Source: an uncultured Planctomycetia bacterium
GTDB lineage: Bacteria > Omnitrophota > Gorgyraeia > Taenaricolales > CAZCCH01
Length of the DNA stretch: 64,000 nt
Direction: 5' to 3'
NCBI GenBank assembly: GCA_964497315.1
Contig: CAZCCH010000001.1
Span: 56,106-120,105 of the forward strand
Shown here: one piece after another, positions 31,983-40,236 of the stretch
How the letters are laid out: each line of letters opens with the position of its first letter
How positions within the stretch are numbered: the stretch's first letter is position 1
Notes under the pieces: generated by a model
Database searches by the model: none
Seen by the model: only the letters and a program-made list of their open reading frames with translations
Told to the model about the DNA's origin: nothing
Translations under genes and position numbers: made by a program

Positions 31983-32597
31983 TTAATCACTAATAGTCTT
32001 TGTTAAATGCTCCTCTATAGAGTTATTTAGCCACTCCCATAATTTTAAATTATGGTATTGCAATGTCGCAATACCATATTGAGACCATTGCTTATGCTCT
32101 TTGCTCCTCTTATCTGTATGTGTATATGTAAGAATCCTGCTTGGTGATATTTTCAACTTTTTCACCCAGTACTTCTTAGCTTTTTCTTTGCTAAAATCCT
32201 TATAGACTCGAACATATAATCTAAGTCTTTCCTCATGCACCCTGCAAATCTTTCTCAAAAACTCTACAAACAGTTGCAGCATTCTAGGATCTAGGTTTGC
32301 AAGTTGTGTTGAGCCTTTCGCTGATTTACTACCCTCGGCCCAATATAACATTAGCCCGGTTAGCAAAAGATCTTTTTCTCTTCCACTAAGTCGCTTTTTG
32401 ATGTTAAAGGGGTCTCCTTTTGGATTCAATTTACAATATGTGCTATCGCTATATGCTCTTCGGTCTAACCCATGCTTTTTCATCCAATAATTGACTGTTG
32501 CGTGCGTAGTATTTAATCTACTAGCTATATCCATCATGGATAATTTCTTTTTATTGTACAAATCAAAAAGTAGTTTCTTTTGCATAGTTACCTTCAT
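31983..32597 (-). CDS. HTH plus single-motif LAGLIDADG-like putative endonuclease
   Basis: N-terminal HTH (LSMMDIASRLNTTHATVNYWMKKHG), LTGLMLYWAEGSK helix followed by QLANLDPRMLQLFVEFL. Confidence 0.55.
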   Translation of the reverse strand: MKVTMQKKLLFDLYNKKKLSMMDIASRLNTTHATVNYWMKKHGLDRRAYSDSTYCKLNPKGDPFNIKKRLSGREKDLLLTGLMLYWAEGSKSAKGSTQLANLDPRMLQLFVEFLRKICRVHEERLRLYVRVYKDFSKEKAKKYWVKKLKISPSRILTYTHTDKRSKEHKQWSQYGIATLQYHNLKLWEWLNNSIEEHLTKTISD

Positions 32598-32603
32598 TCA
32601 ATA

Positions 32604-32680
32604 TGGTGGGCGGTACAGGATTTGAACCTGTGGCCTTTTCCATGTCAAGGAAACGCGCTAGCCAACTGCGCCAACCGCCC
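32604..32680 (-). tRNA. tRNA-Val(GAC)
   Basis: Cloverleaf GGGCGGT...TTTCC-TTGACAT-GGAAA...TTCAAAT...ACCGCCCACCA. Confidence 0.95.
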
Positions 32681-32682
32681 TC

Positions 32683-32770
32683 TGGTGCCGGGAGCCGGAG
32701 TCGAACCGGCACGAGCTTAAAGCCCAATGGATTTTAAGTCCACATTGTCTACCAATTCCAACATCCCGGC
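32683..32770 (-). tRNA. tRNA-Leu(TAA)
   Basis: GCCGGGA...GTGGA-CTTAAAA-TCCAT, long variable arm, GGTTCGACT, TCCCGGCACCA. Confidence 0.95.
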
Positions 32771-32819
32771 GTTCTTTTGCTATACTCTTGTCCTTCTTCT
32801 ATTATAATATAGTATGGGT

Positions 32820-32848
32820 ATAATAGCAAATAGCTTTTATTATGTCAA
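32820..32848 (-). promoter_or_regulatory. Sigma70-type promoter for tRNA-Leu/Val-thrS unit
   Basis: TTGACA-17bp-TATTAT with TGn extension. Confidence 0.65.
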
Positions 32849-32877
32849 GTATTCTTATGATAGTCTCCCTATTTATA

Positions 32878-32895
32878 TTGTGAAAATCTTCACAA
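32878..32895. promoter_or_regulatory. Palindromic operator TTGTGAA-AATC-TTCACAA (Rex/CRP-type)
   Basis: Exact match to Rex consensus TTGTGAA-N4-TTCACAA and CRP consensus TGTGA-N6-TCACA. Confidence 0.55.
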
Positions 32896-32948
32896 GGCAT
32901 AAAGCAGCTCTTTTATACCCTTTTTAAGGTAACATTTAACTTTTTTAG

Positions 32949-34352
32949 CTATTCAACTAAAAATACAGCTATTAATCCACCACCCCTGGAAACATTTACT
33001 ACCTGTTTTTGAGAAGATCTTCCCAAAAACGCAATGCCTGAAGGTGTGGCTGCAAACCCTGAAACAACAAAAAGCTCTTTGAAAAACAACCGACCATCTT
33101 TGGTAATAACAGGGAATTTATCTTTGTATATAGGCACTGCTTCTTGGACTACCATAGTGCTGGGGTGCTTAACCGCTCTTTCTAAGGTCTTCTCCCATTT
33201 ACCTTGGTTTGTTTCCCTACCTATTACTACACCCTCACCACCACAGGCGCGATTAGGCTTTATGACAAGTTCTGTCCTATTAGAACGAATGTATTTTATT
33301 AAATCAATTTTCTTTTCCTTTTTATCTTTTGTTTTTCTTTCCCATATAAGTCTAGTCCAAGCAACATGTTTTCTAAAAAATCCCCGTTGTGCTTGAGTAA
33401 AGCATTTCTTAAATTCTGATGAGGTAAAAACCTCAAAAGAAGATTTGTGATCAAAGTCTCCTGAAAAACCTGATATTACTCTATTCTCCTTAAAGGCCTC
33501 TCTTATTGCCTCAATAGAGTCTCCTGCTTCTTCCATTTCAATAAGTTCTTCTAATTCGCTGTCACGATATATTATATCGACGGGCGTATCATCATAACAA
33601 ACCTTTCCCTTCTTCAAGTGTAACTGCCTGGGGTCTGCAACAAATGCCTTTATACCTCGCTGGTTGAAAAATTCAGCTATGCTTGAAAGTTCATCTGTGC
33701 CTTCTTGATAAGACCTGTCCTCAATAAAAACAACTCTGTTAAGCTCACGGCCCAATTGTTTAGAGTGTGTGAGCATAACCTCCATTAAAAGCTCTCGGAC
33801 ATCTTTGAGTTTTTGTAATTTTAGTTTTGGAGAAAACTGTTTTAATTGCGGTAAGATTAATTCTTCTATTAACTCAACTGCTGCAGGTATGTAATGAATT
33901 CCGCCTGCAGCAACAGAATTTGCCTCTATAAATTTAAAGCTAGTCTTCCAGTCTTTATGCCAAAATAAGGCGTTTGCATCCAGTCTTTCAAAAACACTTT
34001 GTGGGGTTTGTGGCTTGACAGGACAAATCTCATGAAACCACTCATCTTCTTTTTGAGAAAGTGGGATGATTTTTCTTATAGGTGGGTAGGCTAGGTATAA
34101 ACTGAATAGCTCAGAGAGTGCGTCTCGCAGGAGAAGTGATGCCTTCTTGAAAAATACCTGTTGTTCTCGACTAACAAACCAGGGTGAGAGCTCTACATTA
34201 ATAGGAATAACTTTCGCCTTTTCATCATAAACAATAAGACCCTTTTTTAGGGTCTGTTTTTCTATTTTTCTATAAAGCTCTCTTATGGTTTGGCTTGATA
34301 ATTTAGCGAATGCCTCGAATATACGCTCTCTAGCAAATTGTTCTTTCTTCAC
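32949..34352 (-). CDS. Circularly permuted ATP-grasp (glutathionylspermidine synthase-like) ligase
   Basis: RLDA..FKFIEAN..AGG, VDIIYRD, LVIKPNRACGGEGVVIG, VVQE, VVNVSRGGG. Confidence 0.75.
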   Translation of the reverse strand: MKKEQFARERIFEAFAKLSSQTIRELYRKIEKQTLKKGLIVYDEKAKVIPINVELSPWFVSREQQVFFKKASLLLRDALSELFSLYLAYPPIRKIIPLSQKEDEWFHEICPVKPQTPQSVFERLDANALFWHKDWKTSFKFIEANSVAAGGIHYIPAAVELIEELILPQLKQFSPKLKLQKLKDVRELLMEVMLTHSKQLGRELNRVVFIEDRSYQEGTDELSSIAEFFNQRGIKAFVADPRQLHLKKGKVCYDDTPVDIIYRDSELEELIEMEEAGDSIEAIREAFKENRVISGFSGDFDHKSSFEVFTSSEFKKCFTQAQRGFFRKHVAWTRLIWERKTKDKKEKKIDLIKYIRSNRTELVIKPNRACGGEGVVIGRETNQGKWEKTLERAVKHPSTMVVQEAVPIYKDKFPVITKDGRLFFKELFVVSGFAATPSGIAFLGRSSQKQVVNVSRGGGLIAVFLVE

Positions 34353-34387
34353 ACTACTATTTTACTAAACTATAGAACATATTTCCA

Positions 34388-34416
34388 TTGAATTTTTCTA
34401 CACCAAATGCTATAGT
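34388..34416 (+). promoter_or_regulatory. Promoter for tldD-tldE
   Basis: TTGAAT-17bp-TATAGT with TGn extension. Confidence 0.55.
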
Positions 34417-34427
34417 AAGCACTGAAA

Positions 34428-35873
34428 ATGAAAACATTGCTTTCGAAAACAATTAAGCATCTAAAAAAATCAGGCGTCGACTATGCTGACCTTCGATATA
34501 TAACATCAACACATGAGGCAATCTTAGTAGAAAATAACCAAGTCAAGTCAATATCTTTTGATGTTGATGAGGGTGTTGGTGTAAGAGTTTTTTCAAAAGG
34601 CAGCTGGGGTTTTGCCTGCACGCCTAAGCTTACATGGGATCAAATTAAATCAACTGCTGATGTGGCCTTAGCAATTGCTCGTTCCTGTAGCTCTATAAAT
34701 AAGAAAAAATATAAATTCCCCTCGGGAAGTCCAATAAAGGCAAATTTCAAAAGTCCTTTTGAAATAGATCCATTTACCATACCTTTAGAAAAAAAACTTG
34801 ACTATCTTCTGTGGGCATCTCAAGAATTAAAATCCCACCCCAATATAAAAACCGCTATATCTGGTTTTGATTTTTTCAAAACAAATAAATTATTTTTTAA
34901 TACAGAAGGTTCTGAAATCAGCCAAAAGATTTTAGAAAGCGGGGGACATATTGAGGCAATTGCTACAGGTGCAGGTGATGTGCAAAAGCGCTCTTATCCA
35001 TCTTCTCATCATTGCGAGCTTGCACAGGCAGGCTATGAATATGTAAAGGCCTTAGACTTAGTAGGGGGTGCTAGAAAAATACGCAAAGAGGCAGTTAGCC
35101 TCCTCAGGGCAAAGGAATGTCCGAATAAAAAAACTACGCTTATCCTTGATGGCTCACAAATGGCTTTACAAATACATGAATCTTGCGGCCATCCGGCAGA
35201 ATTAGACAGACTCTTAGGTAGAGAAATCTCTTTAGCCGGTGATAGTTTTTTAACTTTAGAAAAGCTAAATAAATTTAAATATGGCTCTAAGCTCGTCAAT
35301 ATCTATTCTGATCCAACAATAGAAGGAGGTGCGGGAAGCTTTGGATATGATGATGAAGGAACCCCTGCTAAAAAGGCATACTTGGTTAAAGATGGCATTT
35401 TCACAGGATACCTTACCTCGAAAGAAACCGCTGCACACTTTGATATAGAAAACACCGGCTGCATGCGTGCAAGCGGGTGGAATAGAACACCTCTTATTAG
35501 AATGACCAATATAAACATAGAGCCCCAAGATGCAACACTAGAAGAACTCATCAAAGAGGTAAGAAACGGTGTTTTTATGTCAACAAATAAAAGCTGGTCC
35601 ATTGATGAAAAAAGATTAAATTTTCAGTTTTCTACAGAGATTGCCTGGGAGATAAAAAATGGAGAGCTTACTCAGGTATTAAAAAACCCGCTATATGCCT
35701 CAACTACTCCTATCTTTTGGAATAGCTGCAGTGGCATTTCCAATAAAGATCATTGGCGGATGTGGTCTGTTTCAGATTGCGGAAAGGGTGAACCCATGCA
35801 GACAATGCATGTCGGCCATGGAACAGCACCTGCCAGATTTGAAAATATACAGGTGAGGTCTGCTGCAAAATGA
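34428..35873 (+). CDS. tldD: TldD family metalloprotease
   Basis: YADLR, GVGVRV..GSWGFA, HESCGHPAE (HExxxH), YDDEG, RMTN, CGKGEP. Confidence 0.9.
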   Translation: MKTLLSKTIKHLKKSGVDYADLRYITSTHEAILVENNQVKSISFDVDEGVGVRVFSKGSWGFACTPKLTWDQIKSTADVALAIARSCSSINKKKYKFPSGSPIKANFKSPFEIDPFTIPLEKKLDYLLWASQELKSHPNIKTAISGFDFFKTNKLFFNTEGSEISQKILESGGHIEAIATGAGDVQKRSYPSSHHCELAQAGYEYVKALDLVGGARKIRKEAVSLLRAKECPNKKTTLILDGSQMALQIHESCGHPAELDRLLGREISLAGDSFLTLEKLNKFKYGSKLVNIYSDPTIEGGAGSFGYDDEGTPAKKAYLVKDGIFTGYLTSKETAAHFDIENTGCMRASGWNRTPLIRMTNINIEPQDATLEELIKEVRNGVFMSTNKSWSIDEKRLNFQFSTEIAWEIKNGELTQVLKNPLYASTTPIFWNSCSGISNKDHWRMWSVSDCGKGEPMQTMHVGHGTAPARFENIQVRSAAK

Positions 35874-37207
35874 TTGGTAAAGAAAAATCCCTAGATTTAC
35901 TATCAGGTTTAATAAAAAAATCCCCGGCGGATCAAACATCTCTTGTCTTGGTTAATACAAAAAGATTTACCTCTCGCTTTGCTAATTACGCAATCCATCA
36001 AAGCATGCAAGAGCAAGAGGTTGCAATTTATATTAAAGTAGCCTTAGGTTCTAAGCTAGGTGTTGCCTCAACCGGCTCTATAAAAAAGTCCAACTTAAAA
36101 ACTGCTCTCGAGCGGGCCCTGCATATTGCAAAACATTCCCCTAAAAACCCAAGGCTTAAATCCTTCCCTAAACCTGATGAACAAACTGAAATTAAAACCT
36201 GTCATCCAAAAACAACTTGTTTTAGTGCATCTGATAAGTTAGGGTTACTTTGTAAAATCTTTGATATGCACAAACCATCAAAAACAAACCCTGCTGGTTC
36301 TTTCTTGACGGGCGAAGAAGAAATGGCTGTAGTTAATTCAAATGGCCTCATAAAATATCAGCCTTTTAGCCTTGCAGGTCTTAAGTTGATTTCTGCTAAA
36401 GACCATGCCTCTGGTTTTGCAACTTGGGCATCAAGAAATATTGAAGATTTACAAATAGAGGCTGTTGTAGAGCAAGCAATAAGAAAATGTAACTTAGCTA
36501 AAAATCCCAAGCCAATAGCTCCGGGTAATTATGATTGTATTTTAGAACCGGCTGCTGTAGCTGAAATCTTACAGTGGCTCTCCTATATAGGTTTTGGCGC
36601 AAAGTCTTTTTGTGAAAGAATGAGTTTTTTATGCGGCAGGATAGGTGACAAGATAATGTCAAAAGACATTAGTATATACGATGATGGAGAAAACGCGGAA
36701 GGTTTTGCTAATCCCTTTGATTATGAAGGTGTAAACAAAAAAAGGGTTTCATTAATTGAAGAGGGTGTAGCAAGGGGACCCGTATACGACAGTGAGTATT
36801 CTTATATGAATGAGGGTTCCTCGACGGGACACGCCCTCCCCCCTGATGAAACCATTGGACCCTTACCTTCAAACTTGATTATGTTAAATGGCGAGTCTAA
36901 TTTAGGTGATATGATTACTTCTTTATCCAAGGGGATTTTAATAACACGTTTTCATTATGTAAATGGCCTTCTTAATACAAGAGAAGCTGTCATGACAGGC
37001 ATGACAAGGGATGGGACTTTCTTAATTCAAGATGGCAAGATAAAACATGCGCTTAAAAACTTAAGATTTACTCAATCTATCCTAAAGGCCTTCTCTCAAA
37101 TAGCTGCTATATCAAAACAAAGACAACTCATTGGTGACCTCACTCAGGATGAACCGCCCTGCCTTGTTCCAGCCCTCCTTATAAAAGATTTTACCTTTAC
37201 AAGTTGA
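35870..37207 (+). CDS. TldE/PmbA family protein
   Basis: SRFAN, PGNYDCILEPAAV, PFDYEG, STGH, TGMTRDG; lacks HExxxH; coupled to tldD. Confidence 0.88.
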   Translation: MIGKEKSLDLLSGLIKKSPADQTSLVLVNTKRFTSRFANYAIHQSMQEQEVAIYIKVALGSKLGVASTGSIKKSNLKTALERALHIAKHSPKNPRLKSFPKPDEQTEIKTCHPKTTCFSASDKLGLLCKIFDMHKPSKTNPAGSFLTGEEEMAVVNSNGLIKYQPFSLAGLKLISAKDHASGFATWASRNIEDLQIEAVVEQAIRKCNLAKNPKPIAPGNYDCILEPAAVAEILQWLSYIGFGAKSFCERMSFLCGRIGDKIMSKDISIYDDGENAEGFANPFDYEGVNKKRVSLIEEGVARGPVYDSEYSYMNEGSSTGHALPPDETIGPLPSNLIMLNGESNLGDMITSLSKGILITRFHYVNGLLNTREAVMTGMTRDGTFLIQDGKIKHALKNLRFTQSILKAFSQIAAISKQRQLIGDLTQDEPPCLVPALLIKDFTFTS

Positions 37208-37240
37208 AAAAAGACAGGTTCTATTGTAGAAGAACCTGTC
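37207..37240 (-). terminator. Rho-independent terminator downstream of tRNA-Phe (possibly bidirectional)
   Basis: 10-bp stem GACAGGTTCT/AGAACCTGTC (37213-37240) followed by T6 on the minus strand, between convergent tldE and tRNA-Phe. Confidence 0.8.
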
Positions 37241-37250
37241 CATATAATAA

Positions 37251-37765
37251 TGGTGCCGGGACCCAGAATCGAACTGATTGAGATAGCAAAATCTTCTTTG
37301 CTTCTCCCGAACCGTGCGTGCGGATTTCCCGCACACGGCTCTCTCTATGAGTCTGCACTCATAGACCAGCACCCCTTCGTTTGCTAGCGGTTAAACTAGC
37401 TTTAAAACACTACTATGGGTGCATCTGAGACCCTGCTTAATAGCAGGGGTTCACCCGGTCAGTTAATCAACTTTTCCTTGCATCCCAACCCTAACCACAC
37501 CCAGTATTAAGTTTGTGTTTTTGACTTCCCTGTTGTGCCGCTAGGTCGTCAATACTGGGAGCCACCGTGGGTTCGCTTTCGCTTTGGGCTGCAATTTGCT
37601 ATTAGGACCCTTTCTGAAACCTGTCTCCAAATTTCAGTGTCCGTTTGCTACTATGGTAAAACACTAACCATAGGCCCGATTCTAACGGACTAGCTAATTA
37701 ACCTGCAGGTCGCAAGGCACGCAGGGCTTTTCAGGCCCTCGCTCTACCAACTGAGCTATCCCGGC
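37251..37765 (-). tRNA. tRNA-Phe(GAA), intron-split (exon1 37765-37716, exon2 37276-37251)
   Basis: Joined exons give a 76-nt cloverleaf: GCCGGGA TA GCTC AGTTGGTA GAGC G AGGGC CTGAAAA GCCCT GCGTG CC^CAG TTCGATT CTGGG TCCCGGC ACCA. Confidence 0.92.
37277..37715 (-). ncRNA. ORF-less group II intron (IIB-like), 439 nt
   Basis: 5' TTGCGAC; DI closing stem; EBS1 GGCAC; J2/3 AGA; DIII GCACCC-ATAGTAG...GAAG-GGGTGC; short DIV hairpin; DV GAGCCGTGTGCGGGAAATCCGCACGCACGGTTC; DVI with bulged A; 3' end AT. Confidence 0.92.
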
Positions 37766-37782
37766 ACCTTGTATGCGTCACT

Positions 37783-37811
37783 ATTGTATCAAATCATGTA
37801 TATATCTTCAA
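37783..37811 (-). promoter_or_regulatory. Promoter of the split tRNA-Phe
   Basis: TTGAAG-17bp-TACAAT with TGn extension, 17 nt upstream of exon 1. Confidence 0.7.
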
Positions 37812-37828
37812 GAAAAATCAAAAATTGC

Positions 37829-38206
37829 CTAAATTAATCTTTTTTTGACTTCTTCTGGGATTTTCTTTGCTTTAAAATCTCTCCCTACGCATGCCAGTGT
37901 AGTCTTTGCTGTACAGATAAGTTTCTTATCCTGGTTTTCTACTTCGTATTCAAATTCAAGTCTTGTTCCTGAGACCTTGATAAGCCTTGTATCTATGTTT
38001 ATGATATCACCATAAATAGCAGGGGACTTATAATCAATTTCTTGGCGTGCTACTACAAACACTGTCTCATCCTGCGCAAGTTTTCTGATTAAAATGCCTC
38101 TTTTTTCCAAAAACTCCGTACGCGCCTCTTCTAAGAATTTCAGGTAATTGGCGTAATAAACTACCCCTCCGCAATCAGTATCGTGATAGAAAATCTTTTT
38201 TTTCAT
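37829..38206 (-). CDS. YbgC/FadM family acyl-CoA thioesterase
   Basis: DTDCGGVVYYANYLKFLEEARTE hot-dog motif. Confidence 0.88.
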   Translation of the reverse strand: MKKKIFYHDTDCGGVVYYANYLKFLEEARTEFLEKRGILIRKLAQDETVFVVARQEIDYKSPAIYGDIINIDTRLIKVSGTRLEFEYEVENQDKKLICTAKTTLACVGRDFKAKKIPEEVKKRLI

Positions 38207-38761
38207 TTAAATGCTGTGTGCTACTACCTCGGATAAAACAACTATATCTTCTGTACAGAAAATATCTTTTATATTCTCATCAAAAAGCACATTTGCCTCA
38301 GGACCAAACTCTTCATCACCGCGCCACAATTCAATAAGCAATGTCACATTCTTAAAAACCTCAAGTGCAACACTAAAATCTGCCGCCTGCACCCTCTTGG
38401 CCTTAAACCGCTCTGTCAATTTAAAAATCGCTTCTGGCTTTGCGCCATATTTTCTTGCTATAACATCAATAACGCGTTTTTTAAATACCGAATAATATGG
38501 CTGAGCACCACTTTCTAATTGCTTAAAGGAAATCCAGTTTTCCTTTAATGCTGGTAAGCCTTTAATCTTTTGTGTAAGATAATGCAATATCAGAATGCTT
38601 ATATGCGGCGTAGCAGGTGCGCTGCAGGATAAAGATAGAACGCGCTTATTTTCTAAATCAATACTGTATTCATCTGCTAGGAGTCTTACAGAAAACTTCT
38701 TTTCTTCTGTCAAGCTTGAAATATCTAACCATGCTTTTTCTGAAGCAGCACCGTATTCCAT
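38207..38761 (-). CDS. DUF3786-like protein
   Basis: ILILHYL, WISFKQL..G, LWRGDEEFGPEANVLFD, TEDI. Confidence 0.75.
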   Translation of the reverse strand: MEYGAASEKAWLDISSLTEEKKFSVRLLADEYSIDLENKRVLSLSCSAPATPHISILILHYLTQKIKGLPALKENWISFKQLESGAQPYYSVFKKRVIDVIARKYGAKPEAIFKLTERFKAKRVQAADFSVALEVFKNVTLLIELWRGDEEFGPEANVLFDENIKDIFCTEDIVVLSEVVAHSI

Positions 38762-38770
38762 AATAAACCC

Positions 38771-39568
38771 TTATTCCCCAAAGGGTAGTATTTTTTTAAG
38801 GCTCTCAGCTGCATCTTCGGCAGCATCCTTTGCCTTTTCACCTAATTCCCCACCGATCTCCAATGCATCGCCAGAACCCTCTATGGCTAATTTTCTTGCT
38901 GCACTCAATGCCTCAGAGGTCTGCTTCTTTAATGGTCCAAGATCAAAATCTGTGAGTCTTGCCACAGCAGTCTTTAGGAGTGCTTTTGTTATAATTAAGC
39001 TAGCCAGGGCACTTGGATCGGTTATATTCTCATATCGTTCATCAATATCAACTTCATATTCTGTAATCTTAGGTGGTATTCCTTGCGAGTAATCTTTATA
39101 AATAACTTTTCCTATTTTTAACTCCAGCACATCTATCTGAAAATCTGGTTTTTTCTTAGGCTTTTCCTTAGAAGGCTTATTTTTTTTCCCCTCTTTTGCT
39201 ACTTTAAGTGAATCGAGATTCACCTCTCCTTTTTCATTCTTTACTACAGTGAATTCCTTAAGGTTTATGCGTACCTTTTCAAGGTGTACTTTTCTTTTTA
39301 AAAACGCGCCTAAATCATAATCTACATAAATCTCAGGCATATCTACCATTAATTTATCCTTAAAACCTGGGGGGTTGTATAATCTTAAGCCTTTTATACC
39401 AATTAAAGTCCTGACTATACTAACATTCATGTCTCTCATGTTTAGTTTAAGCCCGGTCATGGTCCTAACCCCAGCTGAAACAACACCCCTGGCGACTGTA
39501 TTTTTAATAAAGGAAAATACAAATAATACAACTAAAAAAAGAGCAACTAGCTTAAAGATTTTTTTCAT
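38771..39568 (-). CDS. AsmA-like exported protein
   Basis: N-terminal anchor, GLRLYNPPGF, beta-rich body. Confidence 0.55.
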   Translation of the reverse strand: MKKIFKLVALFLVVLFVFSFIKNTVARGVVSAGVRTMTGLKLNMRDMNVSIVRTLIGIKGLRLYNPPGFKDKLMVDMPEIYVDYDLGAFLKRKVHLEKVRINLKEFTVVKNEKGEVNLDSLKVAKEGKKNKPSKEKPKKKPDFQIDVLELKIGKVIYKDYSQGIPPKITEYEVDIDERYENITDPSALASLIITKALLKTAVARLTDFDLGPLKKQTSEALSAARKLAIEGSGDALEIGGELGEKAKDAAEDAAESLKKILPFGE

Positions 39569-39582
39569 TTTATCCTTCTTTT

Positions 39583-40236
39583 TTATTCTGCGTAATAATC
39601 AAAATAAAAATCTCTGTTTACAACAAACCAATCAAGTACTAGTTCTACAAAAATTGCAGCCACAATAAATATAGCAAAGGTCCCACTGAAATTCTTGTTT
39701 AGTATCTTTGTGGCCATTACAGCAAGGGAAACTAAGAGAATATCAATATAATTTGCATAAACCCAGTTGCTAAATAGTTCTCTTGGCTGGAATTTACCAT
39801 TAGCCCATTTGGGGTTTTCTTTTATTTGGTAATTAAGATAACTCTTATTGTACCATTGGTCAATAACTAGAAAGACTAAGAATGCCCCCAAAAATGCATA
39901 GAAATGTACAATTGATATGCATAGTGCATAACCAGAATATAAATATAATTCTTCTCGAAGCTGTTCTATAGATTTTTCAGTATCTGTCTGCTTTTTTTCC
40001 TGGTGGCTGTAGAACTTTTTCATCCTTGGTTCTAATAAATGATATTTAATGCGTAGTAAGGCGCAAAATATAAACAAACATACTGAAATCCCTAAGTTGA
40101 AAGGTTGTCCTAAAATTGAAAAATTATTTGGATGCGCTGATGCAAAAAGTGCAGCAAATAATGCAAGCATTGATGCAATATAAATATTGTTTTCCTTTTT
40201 AAACCATTCCAAACTTACAGAGTCTCCTTTTGGCAT
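39583..40236 (-). CDS. Hypothetical integral membrane protein
   Basis: About 6 hydrophobic segments; no recognised motif. Confidence 0.6.
   Translation of the reverse strand: MPKGDSVSLEWFKKENNIYIASMLALFAALFASAHPNNFSILGQPFNLGISVCLFIFCALLRIKYHLLEPRMKKFYSHQEKKQTDTEKSIEQLREELYLYSGYALCISIVHFYAFLGAFLVFLVIDQWYNKSYLNYQIKENPKWANGKFQPRELFSNWVYANYIDILLVSLAVMATKILNKNFSGTFAIFIVAAIFVELVLDWFVVNRDFYFDYYAE

Noticed and set aside
37251-37276. tRNA 3' fragment as an att site, or the insert as a group I intron
   Set aside because: The matching 5' half is 439 nt away with no duplicated sequence, and the insert has group II DV/DVI and ends in AT rather than the group I terminal G
37112-37372. 86-aa minus-strand ORF as an intron-encoded protein
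   Set aside because: It reads through DV, DVI, the tRNA 3' exon and the terminator and has no RT motifs, so it is a chance ORF
37716-37720. GTGCC as the canonical intron 5' end
   Set aside because: These bases are needed to complete the variable loop and T-stem and serve as IBS1; the intron starts at the following TTGCG
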